From assembly GCF_001194135.2 (NCBI RefSeq), contig NC_069002.1:23233906-23272201 (forward strand): a stretch of DNA of 38,296 nt, written 5' to 3'. Below, in pieces: positions 1 through 11,920 of this stretch (its first letter is position 1; each line of letters opens with the position of its first letter). The stretch comes from Octopus bimaculoides (lineage: Eukaryota). The translations under genes and the position numbers were made by a program. Below the pieces are notes generated by a model that made no database searches, was not told the origin of the DNA, and saw only the letters and a list, made by a program, of their open reading frames with translations.

Positions 1-209
1 GGGGGGGGGGGCAATTGCATGTCAGAAGAATATTTTCTTTTTGTGTTTTGTAGAAATTTACAGAAACCAAGTAAAATGTATATTTTGAAAGAAAGAAAAA
101 GAGCTGAAGAGATATATAAGAAAAGGTTGGGTGGGGGTGGACAGAAGACAGGAACAACCTTAAAAAACAATTCTTGACTTAACTGATAATATTGAAAAAA
201 AATCATGGT

Positions 210-278
210 TTATCTAAAAAAAACAATCCTTCGTACTGCAGAAGTTAAGCTGAACTTTAGTTGAACCTCGTCAAGGAA
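210..278 (-). pseudogene. Candidate dynein pseudo-exon, start of AAA2
   Basis: FLDEVQLKFSLTSAVRRIVFFR* resembles recalled FLTKCIQLYETTVVRHGLMLVG; correct collinear position. Confidence 0.35.
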
Positions 279-650
279 TCATTTTTTGGTTAATGCCAGT
301 TAATTCAAAAGTAAAGTACAGAGAAAAAGTAGAAAACAGAGAGAGACGGATGGGAAAGAAGCATGTTAAGTGAAGATGTATGTGTGTCTTTGTGTGTGGA
401 TGTATTATACAGAATCACATGTGTATTTACTCTGACAAGTTATTATTTAATTAAACTGATGACCCAAGACATAGATAAAGTTAATTTAATGTAGGAAATA
501 TGAATAGTTTGATGTAGCAGCTAAGGGCAAAGGACCTCAACATATAGAATAACTGCATTGAAAAAGATCAGTTTAACATATAGGAAAGCTTAGAAACAGT
601 GACATAAAATGATAATGGTATGAAGATTATATTGATATATATATATATAT

Positions 651-810
651 ATCATCGTTTAATGTCCCCTTTCCATGCTAGCATGGGTTGGACGATTTGA
701 CTGAGGACTGGTGAAACCAGATGGCTGCACCAGGCTCCAATCTGATTTGGCAGAGTTTCTATAGCTGGATGCCCTTCCTAATGCCAACCACTCCGAGAGT
801 GTAGTGGGTG
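651..810 (-). mobile_element. SINE family 1 copy ((GAT)n tail, RTE-like 3' end)
   Basis: Shares ttccatgctagcatgggttggacgatttgactgaggactgg..ctggatgcccttcctaa with copies at 14630, 30447 and 31030. Confidence 0.85.
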
Positions 811-1069
811 ATTTATATATATTTCATATAAAGATTAGTGTACATTTAAACACAAAGAGGCAAGCTTTTAAACAGGTTGCCTAACATACTAGAAAGAACA
901 GTCAAACCACTGTTCTTTCTAGTATGTTACGCAACCTGTTTAAAGACTTGCCTCTTTGTGTTTAAATGTACACTAATCTTTATATGAAAAATATGTTTAT
1001 TGACTTTGTATGCATATTAGGCCACTAGTACAAAAAATTCCTATTATTTTTCCTACCCTGTATTAATTT

Positions 1070-1104
<35 letters not shown>

Positions 1105-1467
1105 NNNNNNNNNNNNNNNNNNNNNNNNNNNNNNNNNNNNNNNNNNNNNNNNNNNNNNNNNNNNNNNNNCACACAAGTGCAAAGGTGATTCAGGAAATAA
1201 TGCAATTTTTATTTGCATTACGTTTTGGCTGTTGTATGTTGAGTTGTGTTGCTAGACTTTCCACTTTGGATCCTGTGTATTGTGTATTATGAAGATGATT
1301 GTATGTGAATGTATTATACAGAATCACATATGTATTTACTCAGACAGGGTATTAATTAATTAAACTGATGACTCAAGATGTAGATGAAGTTATGTATATA
1401 TACTTCTCTAGGCTTAGATTTAGTAGTTGATAAAGAGATAAATTAATTACAAATGAATCACAGTCCT

Positions 1468-1566
1468 TTACAAGCTATAGCCCCAATGGGCTTCATGCGA
1501 TTCTTGGAAGTGTAGTCTATTTTTAGCTACAATAGCGACAACATGAATTTCTTCGATCTTCTTGCT
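1468..1566 (-). pseudogene. Candidate dynein pseudo-exon after AAA1
   Basis: ttaacag acceptor. SKKIEEIHVVAIVAKNRLHFQESH weakly resembles NEELICLRAIRDVNVPKF; lies inside a possible TIR pair, so doubtful. Confidence 0.3.
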
Positions 1567-1869
1567 CTGTTAAAATATTTGAGAAAAATTATACGAATGT
1601 GTCCAACTGATTAAAATTCTATTTATTTATTTGTGCAGCTGATGATGGCACTGCATTCAAATTGATGCAATGATTTCAATTAAATGGAATCACTTGAAAC
1701 AGTTGTACTGCATCACTACTTGATATCCTGTTGCTTATTTTGATTATATATACAAACACATACACACACACCACACACACACACACACACTCATGGAGTT
1801 AAGTCAAAAAGTAATACAAATAAAAATTGCATTACTTTCTGACTCCCCTCATGGTTTTGTTCATAGGTT

Positions 1870-2280
1870 GAGTGTTTAGAATTCGAGTCTCTTTGCATTC
1901 TTTCTTGGTGGGCTGGCATTAAATGTAATTCAGCAGAAATAACTGGTTTCTTGCTTAAAGATTTCCCATTTTTGGTTGTATTGTTGTCTTTTTTCTTTTT
2001 TTTTTTTTTTTTTTCAGAGTTTCAAAAATCCCTGTGTTTTTTCTTCTATTTTTGTTTGGAGATCAGGAGTGAGATTTGAACAAAAATTTATGCAGATCTA
2101 AAACAACAACCACACGGTACCTTGTCTGATGTTTCAGCAATTGTGCCAATCTGATATCTTAGATACTGATATTTTATATATCTACCCTTCAAAGGATGTA
2201 AAGTTAAGTTGATGTAGGTGAGATTTGAGATCAGAATGGAGAGATCCACTCTGACAGACGTGGTCAATTTGACACTGACT
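1870..2280 (-). pseudogene. Dynein pseudo-exon, AAA1 C-terminal half
   Basis: One frame with stops: QID..FTSFEG* then 39 codons to PDLQTKIEEKTQGF (recalled DNAH1 has about 40 residues from FEG to PD). After a poly-A run another frame gives GKSLSKKPVISAEL, like VLAKKITTTFKL. Confidence 0.68.
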
Positions 2281-2370
2281 CTATATATGCGTGTGTGTCT
2301 GTGCATGTGCACATGTATGTGTGTTTGTGTGTTTGTGTACATGTGTCTATGTCTGTGTGCACATATGTGC

Positions 2371-2490
<120 letters not shown>

Positions 2491-2544
2491 ATGTACATAG
2501 ATGGGTTCATACATATATCTGTATAAACATATATAGATGCACGC

Positions 2545-2706
2545 ATGTATACATAAATATTTATAACCGCATCTGCATATACATCCTGATAATAATTTTA
2601 CCAATATTGAGACAGGTTGTCTATCGCTTCCTTACAACATGTTACCCAACTGACTGCAATCCACTGATGCCTTGTTCCTTTGGCACAGCATCCTGTGATC
2701 CGATAC
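2545..2706 (-). pseudogene. Dynein pseudo-exon, AAA1 Walker A region
   Basis: Acceptor caacttag. ITGCCAKGT / frameshift / [32 protein letters not shown]-x8-K-x3-G has the same spacing as recalled CSDQLDFMAMGKFFKG. Confidence 0.65.
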
Positions 2707-2898
2707 CTAAGTTGACAGAAATATTAATCTTTTCATTAATTGAATGATTGTACATAGTGACAAATGTTGTGCTCTGGGGATTGGTTTGTCTACTTTGAGT
2801 AAATGAATAAATAAATAACATTTTGTTCATGTAATGAAAACTTCTCCCATTTTATAAAGACAGTAAAGAGTTATTCCCTCAGTTTCAAGACTGCCTCT

Positions 2899-3640
2899 GC
2901 GTAAGAGTACCCCTGCACAACAGTACCCCACTGCAAGAGTACGCCAGTGCAAGAACATCCCTATGCAAGAGAACCCCTGTGCAAGAGTACCCCTGTGCAA
3001 GAATATCCCCAGTGCAAGAGTACCCCAGTGCAAGAATACCCCAGTGCAAGAGTACCCTAGTTCAAGAATACCCCCAGTGCAAGAGTACCCCAGTGCAAGA
3101 GTACCCCTGTGCAAAAGAGAACCCCTGTGCAAGAATACCCCAGTGCAAGACTACCCCTGTGCAAGAGTACCCCTGTGCAAGAGTACCCCTGTGCAAGAGT
3201 ACCCCAGTGCAAGAGTACCCCTGTGCATGAATACCCCAGTGCAAGANNNNNNNNNNNNNNNNNNNNNNNNNNNNNNNNNNNNNNNNNNNNNNNNNNNNNN
3301 NNNNNNNNNNNNNNNNNNNNNNNNNNNNNNNNNNNNNNNNNNNNNNNNNNNNNNNNNNNNNNNNNNNNNNNNNNNNNNNNNNNNNNNNNNNNNNNNNNNN
3401 NNNNNNNNNNNNNNNNNNNNNNNNNNNNNNNNNNNNNNNNNNNNNNNCTGTGCAAGAGTACCCCTGTGCAAGAGTACCCCTGTGCAAGAGTACCCCAGTG
3501 CAAGAGTACCCCTGTGCATGAATACCCCAGTGCAAGAGTACCCCAGTGCAAGAGTACCCCAGTGCAAGAGTACCCCTGTGCATGAATACCCCAGTGCAAG
3601 AGTACCCCTGTGCATGAATACCCCAGTGCAAGAATACCCC
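2899..3640. repeat. 16-bp minisatellite, consensus GTGCAAGAGTACCCC(T/A), with internal N gap
   Basis: Direct reading; variants AGAATA, AGACTA and CATGAATA. Confidence 0.97.
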
Positions 3641-4122
3641 TTAAAACCCAAGTTTTCATCTGTTTATTTAGATTATTGTCTTTACATCTGCTCACTTGGA
3701 TTCCCTTTATAACCATTCTTTATCCTGCTGACTTGGTCCACGGTGAAGATATCAGAGTGTAAGTTCAAATCATTTGAGTGCTACAAAGTGTTTTCTATAT
3801 TGAGATTCTCTCAATCTCATCTGTTGACTCTCAGTCTCACTCCACACACGCACACACGTACGCACACACACACGCGCGCGCACACACACACACATATAGT
3901 TAGAACATCCACTTTCCGTGCTCTTATGGGTCACACAGATCTTCCATTGCCAGTTACTCTTCCTGTTGCTCATCACTGGTCGTGTCCATGCAAGCAAATG
4001 TTTCCACATGGCTGAAGCTGTTTTCTCCAGAGATGGGACTTAAATGACTCTGTATGACAGTGACACTTATTGACAGCTATCACACACTGTCAAGAAGAAG
4101 AGAGGCATACATGCACCAGCAC

Positions 4123-4164
<42 letters not shown>

Positions 4165-4258
4165 ACATATACATGTGTATGTGTAACTATTTGGACTTTG
4201 GGTATATGTCAATCAAAGCACATCTGCCATTTGGGCTACCTGATGTCATCCACAGTTA

Positions 4259-4597
4259 CTATGGAAGTTTCACTGGATCTATGTCAGGAAATCTGCAGTG
4301 TTTGTTGAGTTTATAGTTGATGAAGGAAACGAAAGATGGATTTAGTGGGAATCTTTTTTCTATACCAAGCACCTGAAGTAACACAGCCTGCCTGCACTGA
4401 TTGATATCACTAAGGTGAAAAAGGGCACTAATCAGCACCAGTATTGCTAGAAATAAGAGTCAAAACAACTCGGTCGCCATGGATAATATTTTCCCTGGCC
4501 ATTGAGTTGCAACCAGATGCACAATATCCTACGGGATAGATGTAGGGTGTGTTCAAATGATTGTTGTAGTAAATCAATCTTTTGTTTTCTTTATCAA
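4259..4597 (-). pseudogene. Dynein pseudo-exon, end of linker (WPG motif)
   Basis: In a frame overlapping the track ORF: VHLVATQWPGKILSMATELF*..HLSDINQCRQAVLLQVLGIEKRFPLNP; resembles WPGQ-x9-W, QLSD, QRAVL and YLGNSGRLVITP with large deletions. TGA at 4460-4462 occupies the second Trp. Confidence 0.6.
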
Positions 4598-5534
4598 CTA
4601 CATACATACATATATACCCCACCGCTACACATTCCAACCCCACCATCCCTATACATCCCATCCCACCTCCACTCCATCTGTTACACCCCACTCCCACATA
4701 CCCCACCCCTACCTCCACCCTNNNNNNNNNNNNNNNNNNNNNNNNNNNNNNNNNNNNNNNNNNNNNNNNNNNNNNNNNNNNNNNNNNNNNNNNNNNNNNN
4801 NNNNNNNNNNNNNNNNNNNNNNNNNNNNNNNNNNNNNNNNNNNNNNNNNNNNNNNNNNNNNNNNNNNNNNNNNNNNNNNNNNNNNNNNNNNNNNNNNNNN
4901 NNNNNNNNNNNNNNNNNNNNNNNNNNNNNNNNNNNNNNNNNNNNNNNNNNNNNNNNNNNNNNNNNNNNNNNNNNNNNNNNNNNNNNNNNNNNNNNNNNNN
5001 NNNNNNNNNNNNNNNNNNNNNNNNNNNNNNNNNNNNNNNNNNNNNNNNNNNNNNNNNNNNNNNNNNNNNNNNNNNNNNNNNNNNNNNNNNNNNNNNNNNN
5101 NNNNNNNNNNNNNNNNNNNNNNNNNNNNNNNNNNNNNNNNNNNNNNNNNNNNNNNNNNNNNNNNNNNNNNNNNNNNNNNNNNNNNNNNNNNNNNNNNNNN
5201 NNNNNNNNNNNNNNNNNNNNNNNNNNNNNNNNNNNNNNNNNNNNNNNNNNNNNNNNNNNNNNNNNNNNNNNNNNNNNNNNNNNNNNNNNNNNNNNNNNNN
5301 NNNNNNNNNNNNNNNNNNNNACTAAACCTTTTTTATTTTCTCTCCTTGTTTATTTCTGTGTTCTTTTCTGTTGAAGAGTGTAAGCTCGAAATGTAAAAGA
5401 CTTTCTCACTTCCCAAGCGTTAAACTAATACATCTGTTTGTTGTTTACACACCCGTCTTTGTCCACTGTTTTGGGGGAAATTCTCACTATATACATACAT
5501 GCATACATACATACATACATACATATATGCATAT

Positions 5535-5900
5535 ATATATATATATATATATATACAGACCACACACATAGGATGTTTTCTTTCAATTTCAGTTTGTCAG
5601 ATTCACCCAAATTCACTTGGGGCTAAGGTAGATGAAACAAGCTCAAGGTGTCACGCAGCAAGATTGCACCTGGAAACATGTGTTTGGGAAACGAACTTCT
5701 TAACTGCAAAGCCATGCCTGTACCTGTGTGTGTGTGTGTGCGTGTGAGGTATAAACCACTATCTTCATGTTAAATAGACAACTTAGCAGCTCAGTAAAGA
5801 TTGATAAAATAGATAAATACAAGGCTCGAAACAAGTGCTAGGGTCCAATGACATCAACTGAAACTCCATAAAATGTGGTGCCCCAGCATGGCTGTAATCA
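5535..5900. mobile_element. Two decayed SINE family 2 fragments in opposite orientation
   Basis: tttcagtttgtcagattcacccaaattcac (minus) and gataaaatagataaatacaaggct..tggtgccccagcatggct (plus). Confidence 0.55.
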
Positions 5901-6317
5901 GTGTCTGCTGTTTGCTAAACAGCTCTAGGACAGATGCTTTAGATTCCTGCATCTAGTTTATGTCTATGTTACAACCATGGCTTATATGCTATTTTGTAGA
6001 ATTGGAAACTTCCAAGTATGTGTGTGTGTGTGTGTTGGTGTTGAGCTTTGAGTCTAAAGCACTTTTAAATAAGCACACAAAATAATGTTTCTTTCTTTAC
6101 CCATCCAACACATCCCAGTGTCGTGCAAAGACTGATGGTATAACTTTTGACTGCAGACATCATATATGTGTGTGTGTGTGAGGTTATACTCTTACACACA
6201 CTTTCCTATACATACATACATGTATAAATATATACACACACACACACACACTTATATACACACACATATATATATATATGTACAAATGTACATATGGGTT
6301 ATATTTGNNNNNNNNNN

Positions 6318-6364
<47 letters not shown>

Positions 6365-6491
6365 GTATATACGTATGTATGTGTATACACACACACATAC
6401 GCACACATGTATGTATAAATATATGTAGATAAAAGAATATGTGTAGATATGTATATATATGTCTGTGTGTATATATGTATCCACACATAAA

Positions 6492-6562
<71 letters not shown>

Positions 6563-7086
6563 GCTTTCATACACACATAAGTATATAGATGTATACATAC
6601 CTGTGTGTCTGTTATTTTCTGGTCTATCACCTTAAGCAATTCATTCATGACTGCTGTAATTTTCTTTTCTCTTTCTTCTTTTTTTAAAAATATTTTTTGA
6701 ACCAATCAGTACTGAAGTGAAAGAGTATGTCTAGGGTGGATGGCCAGGTGGAATCGAGAGAGTGTGGGAGGGGATGGAACTGACAAAAAGAGCAACGAGA
6801 AAATATAATTAAAAGTCTCTGATAAATAAGAAAAAAAAAAGCAAATCATGAAACTAGTCAAATTGTTTATGTTTTTGCTGTTATTTCTTATTGTTTTATT
6901 TTATTTTATTTTATTTCTTGTTTACTTTTGTGAAATGTTGTTTACTTCGTACTGTTACCTAAACAAAGTTTATTTACATGACAATCTACTGGAATGATAG
7001 TAAACATATTGAATCTGTGTGTGTGTATGCATTTATACGTGTGTGTATATGTGTGTATGAGTGTATTTCAGATGTGTGTGTATGAA

Positions 7087-7126
<40 letters not shown>

Positions 7127-7165
7127 CATTCATCATCGTTTAATGTCTGTTGTCCATGCTGGTAT

Positions 7166-7256
<91 letters not shown>

Positions 7257-7257
7257 C

Positions 7258-7975
7258 ACTCCATTTTATATTTTTAATTTTGTGCATGTGCATTATTCAT
7301 TTTTGATTACACATTTTTGACTACACAGTATAGTTGGGTCCTGTCTGTGAGAAAAATAACACCATGATGCAGTTCACTCTGCCAGAAATTTGGAAACGGC
7401 TTGCTGTACTGCTTGGCATTTGCACCAGAAGCTCCAATACAAACATGTCCATGTGTTTGGGTGTCAATCTGAGCAGAGGGTAGAGGATTTGGAAAGAGAT
7501 GAATGAGTCTAATGGTGATTGCAAAGATACGGTAACTCGAAATACTTACTCTGATTTGAATTTGTTGGTGAGATCTAGGCCATGATTGACAACAATCCCT
7601 CCAAGTCAGTCAGGTTTATGGGAGTGTTTGAGTTCCTTATCAAGCAGGTAATGCATGAAGACATTTGGTATTCCTCACAGAAGATGAGAAAGGGCCAATT
7701 TTTTACTGAAGCCATCAAGGACAAGAAGAAAGACCCACGCTATGAAGCTTTTGAACAAACTCAAGCAACCACTCCAACCAAACATGCTTTGGTTTTTCTC
7801 AGACAAGAAATATTTCTTCCAGGATGTGACGGTGAGCACACAAAACAGCCGTTGGCTTGCCATGTCCCCAAAACATGTACTGAGAGTGATCAAAATCAAA
7901 CATCAAATCAACATTACGGTGTTTGGAGTGATCACTAGTGATGGTGACATTATGCCTCTATTCATCTTCCCACAC
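7258..7975 (+). mobile_element. Second, 3'-truncated copy of the same mariner-type transposon
   Basis: Shares the leader (cattttatattttt..ctacacagtatagt) with 34365. Translates LWFFSDKKYFFQD..QNSRWLA..VFGVITSDGDIMPLFIFPH; FSDxK holds the first catalytic Asp. Confidence 0.85.
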
Positions 7976-8093
7976 AGGAAGATATTTGTTCTTAGTTGGC
8001 AGGGGATTTGACCTGAGACTATTGAGACTAAAATAATACAACAGAGTAGACCGTATCAGCCATTCAAAAACATTAAAAAACTGTGAACTTTAC

Positions 8094-8317
8094 TTAACTG
8101 TTTAGCATTTAAACTGGCCGTATCCAGCCCAAATATTCTACCAGTTTTTTGTTCATACAGACTAAATTTGGTGTCTTGCACCTAACCTGCAATGTCAGTC
8201 TAAAAATACACAATCACATCATTGAAATCTTGAAGCTATGAGATAATGCAGGATAAATTCAAAACAATGTGAATAAATAAACATTAGATTGGACTAATCT
8301 GAATGTTGAAGGATTAC
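8094..8317. mobile_element. MITE-like element with TTAA-flanked short TIRs (possibly piggyBac-type)
   Basis: ttaactgtttagcatt..aatgttgaaggatta imperfect TIRs; an inverted homolog lies at 31697-31862. Confidence 0.5.
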
Positions 8318-8389
8318 ACTGTGACACCAAATAATAATTTAAGTGAAGGTATCATTCTGAGACTGTGTGTGTGTCTGCATTGCATATAC

Positions 8390-8422
<33 letters not shown>

Positions 8423-8466
8423 AGTTTAGAGGGATCTATTATCTGGTTTGGATACCGTGGTAGCTC

Positions 8467-8624
8467 TCAGTGATGTTCCAGGTTATGGTAATTGCCTATA
8501 CTCTGTGCAGTGGAAACATGTGTAGGTAGTTGTAACCATAAAAGCATGGTGTATGACATTGTAAAAGAAAAGGAAAGAAATTTTGAGGATGTACCTATCT
8601 CCATATTCTCTATCATAATAAATA
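8467..8624 (-). pseudogene. Candidate dynein linker pseudo-exon
   Basis: ttgcag acceptor. ..GTSSKFLSF..YTMLLWLQL weakly resembles the linker M..S.F and L..WL.VQ motifs. Confidence 0.3.
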
Positions 8625-8696
8625 CTGCAAATATATATGTATATATATACATAATTAAGGGATCAGCAAATATTTGCTTCACCATATATATATATA

Positions 8697-9075
8697 TTTT
8701 GGGATGATCATTTTTCTTTCTTGCCAAATAAACACATACTCTATATATTTGTTCTTCACTCGTTTATCGTTGTTCTTTTTGTAACTCATGTCCATTGTCC
8801 AGAAATATTTCATCACACATCTGTGACCTCTTCAGTGACAATTTCTATCTTCATGTGTGCTCTTGCTCTGCTTGTTCCACTGAGAATGAAATAAGCAGAG
8901 AAAAAGCATGCATGAAAATGAAAAGTGTCGCTGAAGAGGTCACAGATGTGTGATGAAATATTTCTGGACAATGAACATGAGTTAGAATAAGAACAACAAT
9001 AAATGAGTGAAGAACCAATATATGGAGTATGTGTTTATTTGGCAAAAGAAAAGAGAAAAAAATGATCATCCAAAA
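8697..9075. repeat. Near-perfect palindrome of about 380 bp
   Basis: Arms pair from about 8697/9075 inward to a loop of a few nt at about 8883; 7 mismatches counted in the 98-nt core and an uninterrupted stretch of about 43 bp. Confidence 0.95.
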
Positions 9076-9160
9076 ATACAACAATATCTGTTTTGACACA
9101 TGACTTCACATCAGGAATCTTGCAACACAAATTCATTTATATATAACAAATTAAATGAAT

Positions 9161-9373
9161 GACAAGGGGATAAGAAATTATCAACTTCATTAGCCTACAG
9201 CTGTTTCTGCTATAAGATGCAATGCGCTCATAGTTGAATGCTCAGTCTTTTTGAAGCTCTGATGAAGCTCTAGGTTGATACACAATCACTCAACAATGAC
9301 TGCATTGCATCTTGTACAGCAGAAACAGCTGTAAGCTAATGAAGTTCACACCTTAACTTCTTATTCCTTTGTC
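9161..9373. repeat. Fold-back element, arms about 80 bp
   Basis: aacttcattagcctacagctgtttctgct..gatgcaatgc pairs with gcattgcatc..agcagaaacagctgtaagctaatgaagtt. Confidence 0.9.
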
Positions 9374-9494
9374 CTTTTAATTTTTTTTTTTCTGTTCTGT
9401 ACATGACTAACATTTTGTTCTGCAGCACGTGCATACCAGGTTATTAGTATCACTCCACCTAAGTGAAACAGTAATAATAATATCTGTTTTTAGA

Positions 9495-9870
9495 ACATTG
9501 GCTCTCAAGGAACATCGCATAAGGCTTTATTCTCTCCAATGCTGCTGTGAGTGCAATATCATCTACATGATGTAGCAAATATTCCATCAGAATTTCCTAA
9601 ATGATGTTGGCATTGCCTTTAAGATAAACCCAAGACTTGGGCCCCATGCTATCCACCTACAACAAAAATCACACATCTCATAACAACAGTATGGCACAAT
9701 TATTCCACCTCAATTGGTCCCGCTCTCTTTAACATTACATTAAAGCAGAAAAAGACCCCATAAAGTTCAAGAAGTCTTTGGACAAATTCCGTTAAAAAAT
9801 CCTGGATAAACCTCCTACACCCAGATATGTCTCCATAAACAATAAATCTCTAGTTGAGTGGGCCATGTTG
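9495..9870 (+). mobile_element. CR1/L2-like LINE, decayed 3' end of ORF2
   Basis: Pieces such as LYSLQ, NDVGIAFKINPRLGP, IGPALFN, KDPIKFKKSLDKF, PDKPPTP match CR1-type RT C-termini; multiple frameshifts. Confidence 0.7.
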
Positions 9871-10256
9871 TCCGATTCCTGATTTAAATGACTTTGCTAG
9901 GTGGTGCTATTAAGTTAGACATGACCTGGACCAATCCTTGCCAAAACCTATCAAAGTATCACAGTATAAGGCTATATATAATAACATGTAAATGTTAGGT
10001 TGAAAAATCCTTTTGGATAGAAAGGGCAAAGGTAGCCCATTGGATTTGAACCCATATCTCCTGTAAGCATGACAGATGTTATACCATTGGACCAAAACAA
10101 TTCTTTGAATTTCTCTGTTCATTGTAGAAACTCTTTTCTTACCAGCAAGAATTGTATGAATGCATGTGTGTGTATGCATGCATGCATGTATGTGTGTGTG
10201 TATGTATGTATGTATGTATGTATGTATGTATGTATGTATGTATGTATGTATGTATG

Positions 10257-10800
10257 TCTCTTCTACTTTTCAATTATTATAAATCTTCCATTAAGGAGGG
10301 AGCCGGTTTCCAACAAAGATACAAGGCTCCATCTTTGGGATGTAGTTAAACAGACAGATTCACATTTGGAACTTCAGAAAAGTCTTGCATATTTTTACTG
10401 TTCCACTCACAGATTGCATTTGTAATGTACGAATCAGCCGGTCAATTTCTCTTTTTCAAAATCCCAGTTTATCCAAATCCTCCTTTAAGTATTTATTAAC
10501 AGAACCTAGTGCTCCAATTATTATTGGTATGAATATGAATGTCTGGATAGAGAAGCTGGAGGTTTCGAAGCAGTTCTCCAAAGATATCCTCTTTTCTTTT
10601 CCTTTGATTTTCAAAGAGATATTTATATCTGCAGAACAGCTGACCCCTATGATGGTACCTACCTTTGGGCCCCTCTGTCCCAGACAACAATATCCATCCT
10701 GTTTTGTTTACATATGTCAGAACTTTTCATGGGAATATTCTTTGAGTTGGTGTTTATGAATGTATACCATAAGAGAGGGATTCTCTAAGTTTATTTCAGG
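10257..10800 (-). mobile_element. Non-LTR retrotransposon 3' fragment with restriction-like endonuclease (RLE) domain
   Basis: Across frameshifts: NRMDIVVWD..IIGVSCSADINISLK..GELLRNLQLLYPD..IPIIIGALG..SGTVKICKTFL, the (P)D-x-E..K..PIIIGALG pattern of RLE-type elements; followed by a short 3' UTR and (TACA)n. Confidence 0.75.
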
Positions 10801-11661
10801 GCAGTATGTGTGTATGTATGTATGTATGTATGTATGTATGTATGTATGTATGTATGTACGTACGTATGTCTGTCTGTCTGTCTGTCTGTATGTATGTATG
10901 TATGTATGTGTGCATGAGTGTGTGTGTGTAATTATATTATGTAGGTAGGGTAAAATAATACCCCAAAATATTCCAGCCTCTTGTTTTGTTATACACACAC
11001 ACACACTCATACATGCACACACATTGATATCTGTACATACATGTTGAAAACCTAGATTGCTATCTTCCATTTTTCACTGCATGTGATCCTTCAGGAAAAA
11101 TAGAGACAAATAGGTTTATATATATATATATATAATATATATATATCTACATGATTATATATATATATATCATCATAAATATGTATATGTGTATCAATAT
11201 ATGTGTGTATGTTTTATGAATATGCAATGTTTAATTGGTCATATTCTGATTCCTGTCCTTGTACACACCATTCTTACTATTTTATATTCTATTACAAGAA
11301 TTTTTCATACTTTACTTCTGATAAATTTGAAATCTTTTCTTTATCCCCCCCCTCTCTCTCCTTTTTTATTTTCCTTTCTCTTATTTTCTATCAGTTTACT
11401 TTTTTTCTCATCACTCATAATCCCTCCATCTCTCACCCTTACTCTCTCCCACTCTCTCTCTCTCACCCCCCCTCTCTCTCTATCTCACTCACACACTCTC
11501 TAATTTTATTCTTCTTCTCCATGTGATGTTGGAAGCCTTTTTGCCACCACCACCACCAAATTGCAATTACCTAAACATTTCTGGCGGCACATCTATGTTG
11601 AGAATAATAATGAAACTTTAATTCCAATAAATTCATAGATATATAACTTATATTAAATTAC

Positions 11662-11920
11662 CATTTAACATCTCAAGGCATAATGAATTTTGCATTTGGG
11701 ATTTTTATGGATTTCGCAGTCTGTGGTTTCAAATTTGAATGTTGGCAAAATTCTGTTTGTGAAGGATATCCCACTCCAGTTCTTTAAGAGTGGTACACAA
11801 TGCTGTGTCTTAAAGAGTACTCCCTAGAACTCTCGGTAAGCACAGTTGCCATCATTGATTCCATTTCTAATCACTGCTGAAGTGATGTTGCAGAACTATG
11901 GGCTGTTGTGGCTTTCATCC
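11662..11920 (-). pseudogene. Dynein pseudo-exon, start of linker (DHC_N2)
   Basis: Acceptor ctctgtag. GMKATTAHSSATSLQQ*LEMESMMATVLTESSREYSL then +1 frameshift DTALCTTLKELEW; resembles CLEM..ESISKVAEVAGKEYAIEQALDKMEKEW and the general axonemal SKEYSLE..W motif. Stop at 11871-11873. Confidence 0.72.

Noticed and set aside
2899-3640. Regular short repeats as a possible CRISPR array
   Set aside because: No unique spacers, eukaryotic context, no cas genes
2963-3716. Cys/Pro-rich repeat protein ORFs on both strands
   Set aside because: Open in several frames on both strands because the 16-bp unit lacks stops; typical of a minisatellite
4428-4718. ORF with IYPVGYC, resembling an FYRN domain motif
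   Set aside because: Other FYRN motifs are absent, and an overlapping frame gives the dynein WPG motif in the correct collinear position
10385-10759. 124-aa plus-strand ORF with apparent splice sites
   Set aside because: It is the antisense of the RLE retrotransposon fragment
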